Positions 8,708 to 19,363 of a stretch of DNA of 64,000 nt are shown here, piece by piece. The stretch comes from an uncultured Chloroflexia bacterium (GTDB taxonomy: Bacteria > Chloroflexota > Anaerolineae > JAAYZQ01): NCBI GenBank assembly GCA_963700285.1, contig CAVOXA010000010.1, positions 2,088,724-2,152,723 on the forward strand. The letters run 5' to 3'. Under the pieces are notes generated by a model. That model worked only from the letters and a program-made list of their open reading frames with translations, had not been told where the DNA came from and made no database searches. The translations under genes and the position numbers were made by a program. Position 1 is the first letter of the stretch, and every line of letters starts with the position of its first letter.

Positions 8708-11491
8708 ATGTCCAGAATCTCGCGCGTTCACATCTGGATCCACCTTGGTATCCTGGCCCTGTACGCCGTCCTGGCTGTAGTCCTGACCTGGCCCCTGGGC
8801 AGGTACCTGGGCACACACGTACCGGGCAGCTATACCTGGGCTTTCGACGAGTATACCTTTCTGTGGAATACCTGGTGGTTCCGCTACACCCTCTTTGATC
8901 TGGGGCAGAATCCCCTCACCTCTACCTATACCTTCTACCCGCTGGGCATCAGCCTGGCATTCTATACCTATAACCTGTTCAATGCCATCATCTCTCTACC
9001 GCTCCAGCCATTCTTGTCCCTGCCAGCCATCAGCAACCTTATTTTTCTATTCGCCACGGTCTTCTCTGGCTATGGTACATTCCTGCTGGTCAATCACCTC
9101 CTCAACACCCACCAACACGCAACACGCAACACGCGTCGCGTAACGCGCATCATGGTTCTCGCATCCTTCCTGGCTGGCCTCACATACGCTTTTGGCTCCT
9201 TCCGCATGATCTATGCCGCCATCGGCCACTACAATCTGTGGAGCACGACCTGGATTCCGTTTTACGCTCTGTACCTGACAAAGACGGTGGGCGAGACCCG
9301 CCTGCGCAACGCTGTCCTGGGGGCCTTCTTCCTGTTCTTTGCCCTACTGTGCGATCTGCAGTTCGGCGTCTTTCTGGGATTGCTCACGCTGCTCGTGGTC
9401 GCCTTTGCCTTGCTGGGCCGGGATCGGAGGGCTGTGGCCGGGGGCGCGTCCGGCCTTCTCAAAAGGCTGGGGATACTGGCTCTGGTGACCCTCATTCTAT
9501 CCCTGCCCATCCTGCTCCCGGTCTTGCGTGAGACCTTTGGCGGCTATGAGCTCGCCGGCTGGGGTGATGCTGAAAAGCTTTCGGTGGATCTGGTGGGTCT
9601 GGTGACTCCCACGGCGCTGCACCCTCTGGGCGGCGACTGGGCCGAAACGTTGCAGCAGACCCGTGAGGGCACAGCACGCTTCCGAGATATAAACACCCTA
9701 TTTCTTGGTTGGGCAGGGCTGACCCTGGCCTTGATCGGCGCCGCTCTCTACTGGCGGCAGCTCAAAGTTTGGATTGCCAGTTTTGTCATCTTTGCCGTCC
9801 TGAGCCTGGGTCCCCTGCTGCAGATCACTGGCCGCTCTACCTTTGACCTGGACGGATTGATCGTTAACGTTCCCCTGCCCTTCATCCTGCTGCACTATGT
9901 TCCCCTGGTCAAGGCCAACCGCGTCCCCAACCGCTTTGGTGTGCTCGTGATGCTTGCCCTGGCAGTGCTGGCCGGATTCGGCGCCTATTGGCTCCTCAAG
10001 AAAGCGGCCGGCAGCAGGCGATCGGCGGCGAGCGCGTTCGCCGGCATAGGCGTTGTCTTGCTGGCCGGTCTCTTGCTTTTTGACCACTGGTCTGTTCCGC
10101 TGCCCCTGACCGACGCGCGAATTCCGCCCGCCTATGAACAGGTTGCCCTAGACGAAGGAGATTTTGCTATCCTCCAACTGCCGATGGGCTGGCGCAATGG
10201 CTTTGGCGTCCAGGGTGCCGAAAGTACCCAAACACAGTACTATCAGTCCTACCACAATAAACGGCTGCTATCGGGCAATATTTCCCGCAACCCGCCCTTC
10301 AAGTTCGACTACTTCCGGCGGGTTCCGATCCTGGAGTCGCTCATTTCCATCCAGACCTACGGCAAGGTAGACACCGCGCGCCGGACTGCTGACCGGGCCA
10401 CGGCCGGCGAGTTCACGAGCTTCTATGACATCCGCTACGTAGCTGTCGCCCCGGGCATACCTGGCCGCCCGCCCTACGTCGATACCCGCGATGATGCCAT
10501 AGCCTACCTTGAAGAGGTACTGCCGATAGAGAAGGTGTATGAGCAGGACGGCTGGCTTCTCTACCGGGTGGAGCAGCCGCCCCTGCCGGTTGTCGTCACA
10601 GTGGATTTTGGGGCGCGGGAGCCACTGACGGCAATGGCCCTGGGCGCAGGCTGGTCCGAAGCCGAGCAGATCGAGGGGGCCAGCGCCAACTGGGCCGTCG
10701 ATCAGGATGCCCAGATCTTTCTTCCGGCTGCCGGAGACGCGGACTATCGCCTGACGGTGACCGCCCTGCCCTTTGACTATCCCGGTGCCCCAGAGCAGGG
10801 CATGGTCCCCCAGATCAATGGCCTCCGCCTGCAACGGATCGCGGCGTCCTCGGGCTGGAACGCATATGCCTGGGAGGTACCCGGCAGCATTTTGAAGGAA
10901 GGACTCAACGAGCTTCACTTCGAGTTCGACCGTCTGGATGCACCGGTTGATGTACTACCCGGCAGTGGCGTCATTGGCACGACTGGGGTTCGGGCCCCTA
11001 CGGCCATCGAGGTGAACAGCAACGGCCCAGCAGACCTTGCTTTTATCACCGTAGGAACTGGAAATGACGCTGAGGATGGCTCCGCCCATCGGCCTGGCTA
11101 CAACGTAGCCGTTGTCGATGCCAGGTCGGGCAAGATGCTGGACCACCAGGGCTTTGACACGACCCCCACAGGGAATCCATCGGAAAGCCTCGCACTGGCA
11201 AGTTTTTTGAATGGCGTATCCGAAGGGCAGATCGTTGCCGTCGCCCTGCAGGGTAATGGCGCGGCCCATCTCACCAGCGAGGCCGTGGCGGCACTACATT
11301 CCGTCGGCGGACAGGCTGATCCCCAAGGAAGCAACGGCTGGTCACACGCCATCATTGGCGTCAAGGGTGCGGCGCCCGGCACGGCGATGGAAGCCGCCGG
11401 CCCAGATAGCAGTTGGCTGCGCGTTGCCCCGGATCGGCGAACCCTGGCCATCGCCGTAGACACGGTGCGCTGGGAACAGATGGGCGAATGA
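8708..11491 (+). CDS. Polytopic GT-C-like membrane glycosyltransferase with extracytoplasmic domains including an ILEI/PANDER-like domain
   Basis: Many TM helices, FYPLG and RVPNRF motifs; C-terminal GYNVAVVDARSG..FDT..SHAIIGVKGAAPG resembles ILEI. Confidence 0.75.
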   Translation: MSRISRVHIWIHLGILALYAVLAVVLTWPLGRYLGTHVPGSYTWAFDEYTFLWNTWWFRYTLFDLGQNPLTSTYTFYPLGISLAFYTYNLFNAIISLPLQPFLSLPAISNLIFLFATVFSGYGTFLLVNHLLNTHQHATRNTRRVTRIMVLASFLAGLTYAFGSFRMIYAAIGHYNLWSTTWIPFYALYLTKTVGETRLRNAVLGAFFLFFALLCDLQFGVFLGLLTLLVVAFALLGRDRRAVAGGASGLLKRLGILALVTLILSLPILLPVLRETFGGYELAGWGDAEKLSVDLVGLVTPTALHPLGGDWAETLQQTREGTARFRDINTLFLGWAGLTLALIGAALYWRQLKVWIASFVIFAVLSLGPLLQITGRSTFDLDGLIVNVPLPFILLHYVPLVKANRVPNRFGVLVMLALAVLAGFGAYWLLKKAAGSRRSAASAFAGIGVVLLAGLLLFDHWSVPLPLTDARIPPAYEQVALDEGDFAILQLPMGWRNGFGVQGAESTQTQYYQSYHNKRLLSGNISRNPPFKFDYFRRVPILESLISIQTYGKVDTARRTADRATAGEFTSFYDIRYVAVAPGIPGRPPYVDTRDDAIAYLEEVLPIEKVYEQDGWLLYRVEQPPLPVVVTVDFGAREPLTAMALGAGWSEAEQIEGASANWAVDQDAQIFLPAAGDADYRLTVTALPFDYPGAPEQGMVPQINGLRLQRIAASSGWNAYAWEVPGSILKEGLNELHFEFDRLDAPVDVLPGSGVIGTTGVRAPTAIEVNSNGPADLAFITVGTGNDAEDGSAHRPGYNVAVVDARSGKMLDHQGFDTTPTGNPSESLALASFLNGVSEGQIVAVALQGNGAAHLTSEAVAALHSVGGQADPQGSNGWSHAIIGVKGAAPGTAMEAAGPDSSWLRVAPDRRTLAIAVDTVRWEQMGE
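9113..9133 (+). repeat. Heptamer tandem repeat (CAACACG)x3 inside a coding loop
   Basis: Copies at 9113, 9120 and 9127; encodes QHATRNT. Confidence 0.8.
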
Positions 11492-13806
11492 ACGGTAGGA
11501 ACCGATGGCGGCTGCTCGACTGGTTGGTGGCAGCCCTGCTCGGGACTGGTTCGTTTGTTCTGTACGCCTCGACCCTGGCTCCAACGGTTCTGTCGGGGGA
11601 CGGCGGCGAATTCCAATTCGTGCCTTACCTGCTGGGTGTGGCCCACCCTACCGGTTATCCTCTCTATACCTTGCTGGGCTGGATCTGGTCCCGCTTGTTG
11701 CCCATAGGCGATATCGCCTATCGCATGAACCTCTTTTCCGCCTTCTGGGCAGCGCTGGCGGTCGCGTTGCTCTATCCCACGGCCAGGGTATTGTTGCGAT
11801 CTGCGCTCCCCGTCTTGCCTCCCTGCATCCAGCGCTTGGTCGCGGTCCTGGCCGCCGCGACCTTTGCCCTGACGCCCACGCTCTGGTCGCAGGCCGTCAT
11901 CGCTGAGGTTTATAGCCTCCAGACATGCCTACTCGTGGCACTCATCTATCTGCTCCTGGCCTGGGCTGGGCGTCGCGATTCCCGCTTCCTGCTGCTCTCT
12001 GCCTTTGCTTTCGGGCTCGGCCTGGCCCACCACAGTACCACCATCCTTTTCGCCCCGGCTATTCTGGTCTACCTGTGGCTGGTCGATCGGCGGGTCTTTT
12101 ACGACTGGCGCCTGATCCTGAAGGCACTATTGCTTCTGGTCATGCCTCTGGCCCTTTATCTGCTCATCCCGCTGCGCGCTCCTCACACACCCTACCTCGA
12201 ATTGCCGCTGGCACATGGCCGTACCCTGTTGCTCTATGAGAACAGCCTGACGAACTTTGTACATTTTGTCCTGGGCGGACCCTTCGGTGGGTCGCTGGAT
12301 CTTTCGGTGGATCTGGGCCAGCGAGTGGCCATGGCCGTAGGATTCCTCCGTAACGAGATGGGCTGGGTTGGCCTCATCATGGCGCTGACTGGCGTGGGAT
12401 GTTTGGCATATAGGCGCAAGTGGGCCTTGCTGGGACTGACCGGGCTGGCTTACCTGGCCTCCGTGGCCTTCAATCTGTTCTATACCATCGGTGATATCTA
12501 TGTACTGTTCATCCCCTCCTACCTCCTGCTCATCCTCTGGATGGCAGTCGGCGCAGCTTGCCTGGTCACGTCACTGCTGTCCAAGCCCATAACCGCGGCC
12601 CTCCTGGTGGCGCTTCTTTTCGCGCTTCCACTGTGGGCGGCGGCATCTCGATACCCCGACGCTGACCAGAGCCGGAACAGGCAAGCCCGTACCCGCTGGG
12701 AGGCGATCCTGGCCGAGCCACTGCCTCCCGGCGCCGTGCTTGTCAGCAATGACCGCAACGACATGATGCCCATGTGGTATTTCCAGTACGTGGATGGGGT
12801 ACGGCCCGACCTCCTGGGTCTCTTTCCCCTCATCACACCCGAGTATCCCACTTTGGGCCACGTCCTCGACCTGGCCCTGAGCACTGGCCGCCCTGTATAC
12901 CTTATCAAGGAGATGCCGGGAGTAGAGGCCAAAGTCAACCTTGAAGCTGAGGATGGTCTGTGGCGGGTCACGGAGCCAGCAGCAGAAAGTGAACCGGCCT
13001 ATTCCAGTGGCGCCCATCTGGCAGACGCGGTAGCCCTGGTTGGAACCGATCGCTCGCCCCGCGGCCCCCAGCCCGGCGAGACGCTGCAGGTCACGCTCTA
13101 TTGGCAAGCCCTGCGCCCGCTGGAGGCACAGTACCACTCGTTCGTGCACTTGCGGGATACCCAAGGCCAGGTCTTGTCCCAGAGCGACAGGCAGCCGGGC
13201 GGCGTGCACTATCCCACTTCCCTGTGGCGGCCGGGGGAGCGGCTGCGCGACGACCATGTCCTGGCCATACCCGCCGATGCACCAGCCGGCGTCTACGAGT
13301 TGTGGGTGGGCATGTACTCTCTCTCCAATGACGGCGCCCTGGAACCGCTGGGTCAGCCGGTTATCGCGGGCCAGGTGGCCATCAAGACCAGTACGCAGAC
13401 CGAGCCCGGCCCCATCAGCGAGCCGGCCAACGCGAGCTTTGGCGACCAGATCGAGCTGATGGGCTATGATGCCGTGGTACTGGAGGGCATGCTGGGAGTT
13501 GTACTGCACTGGCGCGGCATCGAGCCACCCAGGGCTGACTATACCGTGTTTGTACACCTGGTGGATGCCAATGGTCAGGTCGTTGCCCAGCACGACGGCC
13601 AGCCACAGGATGGCGCCTATCCCTCCTCTGTTTGGGATACAAATGAAGTCGTAAGAGACGAGCACGTACTGCTCTTGCCATCGGATCTCCCCGACGGTGA
13701 CTACTTTCTCCGAGTGGGCTTGTACTTCCTGGAGACCGGCGCACGGCTACCGGTAGATGGGGACAGTGATAGCCTCGAACTCGGTCCATTAAACGTGAAG
13801 GAGTGA
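11488..13806 (+). CDS. DUF2723 (TMEM260-like) membrane glycosyltransferase with two C-terminal Ig-like domains
   Basis: TLAPTV..DGGEFQ..LGVAHPTGYPLY, WSQAVIAEVY, GLAHH; repeated VTLYW..FVHL..D.QP..YP.S.W modules. ATG overlaps the previous stop. Confidence 0.85.
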   Translation: MNGRNRWRLLDWLVAALLGTGSFVLYASTLAPTVLSGDGGEFQFVPYLLGVAHPTGYPLYTLLGWIWSRLLPIGDIAYRMNLFSAFWAALAVALLYPTARVLLRSALPVLPPCIQRLVAVLAAATFALTPTLWSQAVIAEVYSLQTCLLVALIYLLLAWAGRRDSRFLLLSAFAFGLGLAHHSTTILFAPAILVYLWLVDRRVFYDWRLILKALLLLVMPLALYLLIPLRAPHTPYLELPLAHGRTLLLYENSLTNFVHFVLGGPFGGSLDLSVDLGQRVAMAVGFLRNEMGWVGLIMALTGVGCLAYRRKWALLGLTGLAYLASVAFNLFYTIGDIYVLFIPSYLLLILWMAVGAACLVTSLLSKPITAALLVALLFALPLWAAASRYPDADQSRNRQARTRWEAILAEPLPPGAVLVSNDRNDMMPMWYFQYVDGVRPDLLGLFPLITPEYPTLGHVLDLALSTGRPVYLIKEMPGVEAKVNLEAEDGLWRVTEPAAESEPAYSSGAHLADAVALVGTDRSPRGPQPGETLQVTLYWQALRPLEAQYHSFVHLRDTQGQVLSQSDRQPGGVHYPTSLWRPGERLRDDHVLAIPADAPAGVYELWVGMYSLSNDGALEPLGQPVIAGQVAIKTSTQTEPGPISEPANASFGDQIELMGYDAVVLEGMLGVVLHWRGIEPPRADYTVFVHLVDANGQVVAQHDGQPQDGAYPSSVWDTNEVVRDEHVLLLPSDLPDGDYFLRVGLYFLETGARLPVDGDSDSLELGPLNVKE

Positions 13807-13816
13807 ATCGACGATC

Positions 13817-14923
13817 ATGAAGATCTTTTGCCCCGAGTGTGGTAAACGAGAGAACCTGTTAGCGGAACGCTGGCGCTGTGAATGTGGCGGCGCGTGGGAA
13901 ACAGAGGAACGAAGCGATTTCGATCCAAAGCTCATCGATGCAGCGGACTCTTCAATATGGCGCTATCGGCGGTTGTATGGACTGCCATTTGACACGCCGG
14001 CGGTACGTCTGGGTGCTGGAGGCACGCCCTTGCTGCCGGTAGCCATGGAAAGCTGCCAGGTACTGGTCAAGCCCGAGTACTTTGCGCCCACTGCTTCCTT
14101 CAAGGACCGGGGCACAGCCGTGATGATCAATATTCTGGCTCACCAGGGGGTGACACGTGTGGCCGACGATTCGTCGGGCAACGCGGGGGCTTCCGTGGCG
14201 GCCTTTGCCGCTCGTGCGGGCATGCAGGCCGAGGTCTTTGTACCGGCCCACGCCTCGCCCGCCAAGCAAGCGCAGATCGCAGTCTATGGCGCCGAGGTGC
14301 GGCCCATTGCCGGACCCAGAGTGAATGCGAAACTGGCAGCGCAGGGTGCCGCCGAACAGGGTCTCGTCTACGCTTCCCACGCCTACCACCCTGGTTTCCT
14401 GTTGGGCCAGCAGTCGGTGGCCTGGGAGGTATGGGAGCAATTGGGCCGCCGTGTGCCAGATTGGTACGTGGTACCCGTGGGACAGGGCGTACATCTCCTT
14501 GGCGTGTGGCTGGGATTCCGGCGGCTACGCGCGGCGGGGCTGATCGACCGCCTGCCGAGGCTGGTGGCGGTCCAGGCAGGACGGCTGGCGCCGCTTTGCC
14601 AGGCTTTCGATGCCGGGCTGGAGACGGTACCCGAGGCGGAGGTGACGACTCCCAGCATAGCTGAGGGGCTGGCCATCGCCCAGCCGGTGCGCGGCCGGCG
14701 ACTGCTGCAGGCCCTTCGAGAAACGGACGGTACTTGTGTGTCTGTGGAGGAGGAAGCGATCCTGGAGGCCCAGCGCCAGCTTGCCCATCAGGGCTTTTAC
14801 ACCGAACCCACCAGCGCCACGGCGGTCGCCAGCCTGCCTGTAGTGAGCCGAATCGCAAAGCCAGACGACATCATTGTCGTTCCGCTGACAGGCAGTGGTC
14901 TCAAGGGAGCACCGGCCCTGTAG
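13817..14923 (+). CDS. thrC: Threonine synthase-family PLP enzyme
   Basis: N-terminal Cys cluster, PTASFKDRG (PLP Lys), DSSGNAG, EPTSA, LTGSGLK. Confidence 0.8.
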   Translation: MKIFCPECGKRENLLAERWRCECGGAWETEERSDFDPKLIDAADSSIWRYRRLYGLPFDTPAVRLGAGGTPLLPVAMESCQVLVKPEYFAPTASFKDRGTAVMINILAHQGVTRVADDSSGNAGASVAAFAARAGMQAEVFVPAHASPAKQAQIAVYGAEVRPIAGPRVNAKLAAQGAAEQGLVYASHAYHPGFLLGQQSVAWEVWEQLGRRVPDWYVVPVGQGVHLLGVWLGFRRLRAAGLIDRLPRLVAVQAGRLAPLCQAFDAGLETVPEAEVTTPSIAEGLAIAQPVRGRRLLQALRETDGTCVSVEEEAILEAQRQLAHQGFYTEPTSATAVASLPVVSRIAKPDDIIVVPLTGSGLKGAPAL

Positions 14924-14970
14924 TATCGGGTCCTGGCTCCTTGCTGCGGTTTGTTCCAGCCCTACAGCTA

Positions 14971-14979
14971 TGCTATAAT
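14971..14979 (+). promoter_or_regulatory. Extended -10 directly before the recF start (leaderless-type)
   Basis: TGCTATAAT, 6 nt, then ATG 14986; no SD. Confidence 0.6.
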
Positions 14980-14985
14980 CGAGCC

Positions 14986-16191
14986 ATGCGCCTGACCCAT
15001 CTGTCCCTGCACAACTTTCGTAACTATGTCCGGCTGGAACTGGACCTGGCACCTGGCGTCACCCTCTTGCTGGGTGACAATGCCCAGGGCAAGACCAACC
15101 TGCTGGAAGCGGTCTATTACCTGGCAACCAGTCGCTCTCCTCACGCCGGCGCCGAGCGTGAATTGGTCAACTGGCTAGCTGTTGAGGATGAGCCCCTGCC
15201 CTATGCCCGCCTGGTGGGCCGGGTAGCGCGGGGATCTAGCGACTTGACCATCGAGATCACCCTCACGCAGCAGGAAAACAATGGCGCCCGCTATCGCAAG
15301 CAGATACGGCTCAACGGCGTGGCCAAGCGGGCCATGGACCTGCTTGGACAGTTGAACGTTGTGTTTTTTTTACCAGAGGACATCGCTCTGGTATCCGGAT
15401 CTCCCGGCCGTCGCCGTCACTACCTGGATGCAACCTTGTGCCAGATCGATCCGGTCTACTGCCGCTCCCTATCCCGTTACAATCAGATCGTCACCCAGCG
15501 CAACGCTTTGCTCCGAGATCTACGGGAGCGGGGTGGAGATCCTGCTCAGTTGGCTTTCTGGAATGAACACCTGGTAGAACATGGGGCCTACTTGATTTCT
15601 CGCCGGCAGGGGGCTCTGGTTTCCTTGGATGAACTGGCCCATGCCATCCACGACGAGCTGACCGAAAGCTCGGAAAGCTTGCATCTTTCTTATGTGCCCA
15701 GCGTGGAACATGCCCAGAGTACCGCGGGAGGGACTGAAAGATTTCAGGATTTAGACGAGGTCAAGGCAGCCTTCAAGCAGGAACTGCTGGCATTGCGTCG
15801 GCGCGAGATCGCCGCCGGAATGACACTCATCGGCCCGCACCGGGACGAGGTTCGTTTTCTGATCAGCGAGATAGATGCCGGTGTCTATGGTTCGCGGGGA
15901 CAGCAACGGACGGCCGCCCTATCTCTCAAGCTGGCTGAAGTAGATCTCATGCACCGCGAAACCGGCGAACTCCCTGTGCTCTTGCTGGATGACGTCCTCT
16001 CAGAGCTGGACGTCCACCGCCGCCGCTTTCTGTTGCGCTATTTGAACGATGGCCCTCAGCAGGCGGTCATCAGCGCTACAGATTTGGACATCCTCCCAGA
16101 AACGTTTCTACGGCGCTGCCAGTTGTGGCACGTCCAGATGGGGCGGCTGAGCAAGACAGACCCAAAGATATCCGATGCGCAGGATCTGTAG
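14986..16191 (+). CDS. recF: DNA replication/repair protein RecF
   Basis: MRLTHLSLHNFRNY, GDNAQGKTNLLEA, GPHRDE, GSRGQQRT, LLLDDVLSELD. Confidence 0.95.
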   Translation: MRLTHLSLHNFRNYVRLELDLAPGVTLLLGDNAQGKTNLLEAVYYLATSRSPHAGAERELVNWLAVEDEPLPYARLVGRVARGSSDLTIEITLTQQENNGARYRKQIRLNGVAKRAMDLLGQLNVVFFLPEDIALVSGSPGRRRHYLDATLCQIDPVYCRSLSRYNQIVTQRNALLRDLRERGGDPAQLAFWNEHLVEHGAYLISRRQGALVSLDELAHAIHDELTESSESLHLSYVPSVEHAQSTAGGTERFQDLDEVKAAFKQELLALRRREIAAGMTLIGPHRDEVRFLISEIDAGVYGSRGQQRTAALSLKLAEVDLMHRETGELPVLLLDDVLSELDVHRRRFLLRYLNDGPQQAVISATDLDILPETFLRRCQLWHVQMGRLSKTDPKISDAQDL

Positions 16192-16286
16192 ATAGGGGAG
16201 AAAAAAGGGGCAGCGACCGCGCCCCGGCGCGGCCAGCAGCCCCGTTTGGATCCGAATGCATCCAAAAGCCAGGAGCCCAGATCTGG

Positions 16287-16616
16287 CTAGCCCCACTTGC
16301 CTTTGTTCATGTGGCCCTGCAGCTCAGCCTTTATGGACTGCTGCAGGAACTCGGCCTCTTCCACTGCTTTCTTGAAGATCTTGACGCAATTGGGATCGAG
16401 ATTGTCGTCAATGCCATCTTCGGCCACATCCATGACCTGCTCGAGCAACACGTAGAGCTGCATGTGCAGGTTGTTCGTAAAGCGGGAGCGCTCAACGGTG
16501 TCCATGGCCTTCTCGTCCAGCCTGGTGAACTTTTCCCTGGGAGCGCCACACTTTGGACACTTGTTAGGCGCCTCCTCCCCATTCCACATGAACCCACACG
16601 AACCACACTGCCACAT
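16287..16616 (-). CDS. Rubredoxin-like zinc/iron ribbon protein with a helical C-domain
   Basis: WQCGSCG..CPKCGA; AGGAGG 7 nt before ATG 16616. Confidence 0.85.
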   Translation of the reverse strand: MWQCGSCGFMWNGEEAPNKCPKCGAPREKFTRLDEKAMDTVERSRFTNNLHMQLYVLLEQVMDVAEDGIDDNLDPNCVKIFKKAVEEAEFLQQSIKAELQGHMNKGKWG

Positions 16617-16682
16617 CCTCACACCTCCTGATAGGTTTTTTTGATCTCCTCACCTCCTGAGAGGTGGCAGATGCTTTCTCGC

Positions 16683-18128
16683 TTAATAGGCTCCCTCACC
16701 CAAGAGAACCTTGGGTACGGTCCGAAGCAGGATTTGCAAATCTAGAGCGGGGGACCAGTTTTCAATGTAGTACAGGTCTAACAAGACCATCTCGTCAAAC
16801 GTCAACTCGCTGCGCCCCGAGACCTGCCACATACCTGTGATCCCCGGGGCCACTTCCAGCCGCCGCTTATGCCAGGGCTGATAGCGCTGCACTTCGGACG
16901 GGGGCGCAGGGCGAGGGCCAACCAGGCTCATATGTCCCATTAGCACATTGATCAGTTGTGGCAGTTCGTCCAGACTGGTGCGTCGCAGAAAACGGCCCAC
17001 AGATGTGATACGAGGGTCATTCCTGATCTTGAATATCGGACCATCCGCTTCATTCTGATCCAGCAGCTTGTCCTTTTCTTGCTCCGCGCCCTCTCGCATA
17101 GACCGGAACTTGTAGCAGGCGAACAACTGCTCATCCTTCCCCACACGGATCTGCCGAAAAAGAACTGAGCCGGGGGAATCGATCCGGATCATCAGCCCAA
17201 TCAGGAGGAAAAGCGGAAAGAGCACAATGAGCCCCACCAGGGCCACGACAACGTCCATCGTCCTCTTGAATAGCCTGGCGCTGCTGCTGATCGAGATCTC
17301 CCGGACACCAATCATGGGGATGCCGCCTAGATCCTCCACATCCAAATGGCTCAGCGTCATCTGAAAAATGTCGGGAACAATGCGAACGCGTATCCTCTCC
17401 CGCTCGCACTGGGCGATGATGCTGACGATCTTGCGATGGTACATCCATGGCAGCGTAACGATTACTTCGTCGATGCGCTGCCGCTTGACCAAGCTCGGGA
17501 TGTCTGCAGTATTGCCCAATCCTGCAAAGCGCCCTATGTTCGAACTGCCCTTGTCTGGATCATCGTCTACAAAGCCAACGATCTGATAGCCCAGAATCGG
17601 ATGTGCAACGATGTTGCGCATCACCGTGCGTCCCACCTCACCAGCGCCAACGATGAGCAATCGATCCACACCTTGTCCCTTTTTGCGCAGGTAATTGCGC
17701 ACCATGCGCTTCCCCAAGCGGCTGATACTCAAAAAGATGATGATCAATACACCACCATAGAAGAAGATCAGCCTGGAGTAGAAAAGGGGACGGAAGAAAA
17801 TCACGATGACGAAAACCATGAGGATGATGCCCGTCGCTGTGCCCGTCAACAAAAGGTAGACTTCGTCGAACCAAGAGGCGCCCCGGGGCTGGTTGTACAC
17901 CCCGCTCAACTTGTAGATGCCCAGCAGCAGCACTGTCAAAGCGATGGCAATGGGGACAAACTGCCTGAGGGGAACAAAGTATGCCTCGTCCACTGAGGCA
18001 AAGAGCTGTAAATCATATCGCAGCCAATAGGCTATGACGAAGGCCAGGTTGATAAGCAAAACATCCGTCACGGCCACGCCTATGGAAAACAGCCGCCGGT
18101 AGCGCTCAAACACGGCTTCCGCCTCCAT
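16683..18128 (-). CDS. Polyprenyl-phosphate hexose-1-phosphate transferase (WcaJ/WbaP family)
   Basis: N-terminal TMs, LIVGAG, FKRTMD, KFRSM, DPRIT..LDELPQL..GPRP, PGITG.WQVSGR. Confidence 0.92.
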   Translation of the reverse strand: MEAEAVFERYRRLFSIGVAVTDVLLINLAFVIAYWLRYDLQLFASVDEAYFVPLRQFVPIAIALTVLLLGIYKLSGVYNQPRGASWFDEVYLLLTGTATGIILMVFVIVIFFRPLFYSRLIFFYGGVLIIIFLSISRLGKRMVRNYLRKKGQGVDRLLIVGAGEVGRTVMRNIVAHPILGYQIVGFVDDDPDKGSSNIGRFAGLGNTADIPSLVKRQRIDEVIVTLPWMYHRKIVSIIAQCERERIRVRIVPDIFQMTLSHLDVEDLGGIPMIGVREISISSSARLFKRTMDVVVALVGLIVLFPLFLLIGLMIRIDSPGSVLFRQIRVGKDEQLFACYKFRSMREGAEQEKDKLLDQNEADGPIFKIRNDPRITSVGRFLRRTSLDELPQLINVLMGHMSLVGPRPAPPSEVQRYQPWHKRRLEVAPGITGMWQVSGRSELTFDEMVLLDLYYIENWSPALDLQILLRTVPKVLLGEGAY

Positions 18129-19281
18129 CGCACTGGCCGTTCATGCCGGTACCGGCCCTCAGAGCTCGCTGGTAGCTATCCACCGTACACGCGGCGGTTC
18201 TCTGCCAGGAGAAATTCTTCGCCCGCACCAGGCCAGCCCTTCCCATTTCCTCCTGCACATCTGGGTGCGCCAGAACCTGTTCCATCGCTGCCGCCAGCGC
18301 CTCGCTGCTGGTTGGGTCAGCGAGCAGGCCAGCCTGCCCCACCACCTCGGGCAGCGACGAAGCTGCAGAGGTTACTACCGGTGTTCCACACGCCATTGCC
18401 TCCAGTGGAGGTAGGCCAAAGCCTTCATAAAGTGAAGGATACACGAACAAACTGGCGGCATTGTACCAGAGGGGGAGCTCCTCAGCCGGCACATAACCCA
18501 CGAAAATTACCTCGTCCTGCAGGTTCAGCATCTCCACGCGGGAAAAAATCTCATCATAGAGCCAACCTTTCCCGCCAAGCAGCATCAGTGGTGGCCGGGA
18601 CCCGGGCAAGCGAGCGTAGGCCTCGATCAAGCAGGTTACGTTCTTGCGCGGCTCCAGGGTGCCGACAAATAGAATGAATCGATCCGGCAGCTTATGTTGG
18701 CGCCGAAAGTCTGCCACTTTGGCGGATGGCACGGGGCGGAAATCTGGATCAACCCCATTGTGCACGACATCTACCTTGGCTGGCGAGATGCCATAGTACC
18801 GGATCAGATCGTGTTTTGTACTCTCTGACACGGCGATGATCCTCCGGGCCCGGTGTACCGACAACCGCGTAAATGCCCGTAGATAGACGCGGTTCAGCGC
18901 AGGAAAACTCTGGGGATATGAAAGAAAGCTCAGATCATGAACGGTGATTATGTAAGGACAGGTACCGACCTGAGGGCCCACAAAGGCCGTCCCATGGAGC
19001 AGATCGAGTCCAGCTTTCCGCGCAGACCAGGGTTGGATCGCCTGCTCCCAAAAGATGCGCGCCGGTGGGCGCTGCGTCGGAAGACGGGAAAACGCTAGAT
19101 CGAGTCCTGCTCCTCCAGGATAGCGCCTTTCGCTCAGGAAAACCGTGTAGTCAATGTGTGGATTTACCTCCGGCAAGTGGCCCAGCAAGTGCTGGATATA
19201 CGAGTTGATACCAGCGCTCCGGTAGGTGTCGGCCAAGGACAACAAATGGGCGTTCACCCCAACGTGAATCGCCCGTTCCAT
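18106..19281 (-). CDS. Glycosyltransferase family 4
   Basis: ITVHDL, FVGTLEPRKN, PSLYEGFGLPPLEAMACG. Start placed at ATG 19281, downstream of TGGTATAAT. Confidence 0.9.
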   Translation of the reverse strand: MERAIHVGVNAHLLSLADTYRSAGINSYIQHLLGHLPEVNPHIDYTVFLSERRYPGGAGLDLAFSRLPTQRPPARIFWEQAIQPWSARKAGLDLLHGTAFVGPQVGTCPYIITVHDLSFLSYPQSFPALNRVYLRAFTRLSVHRARRIIAVSESTKHDLIRYYGISPAKVDVVHNGVDPDFRPVPSAKVADFRRQHKLPDRFILFVGTLEPRKNVTCLIEAYARLPGSRPPLMLLGGKGWLYDEIFSRVEMLNLQDEVIFVGYVPAEELPLWYNAASLFVYPSLYEGFGLPPLEAMACGTPVVTSAASSLPEVVGQAGLLADPTSSEALAAAMEQVLAHPDVQEEMGRAGLVRAKNFSWQRTAACTVDSYQRALRAGTGMNGQCDGGGSRV

Positions 19282-19363
19282 GTTATGCCTCACAGCGCCC
19301 ATTATACCACAGAACCGTCCGGCGTCAAAGCCGGGCCAGAAATGGTGAGGCACACAAGGCCGT

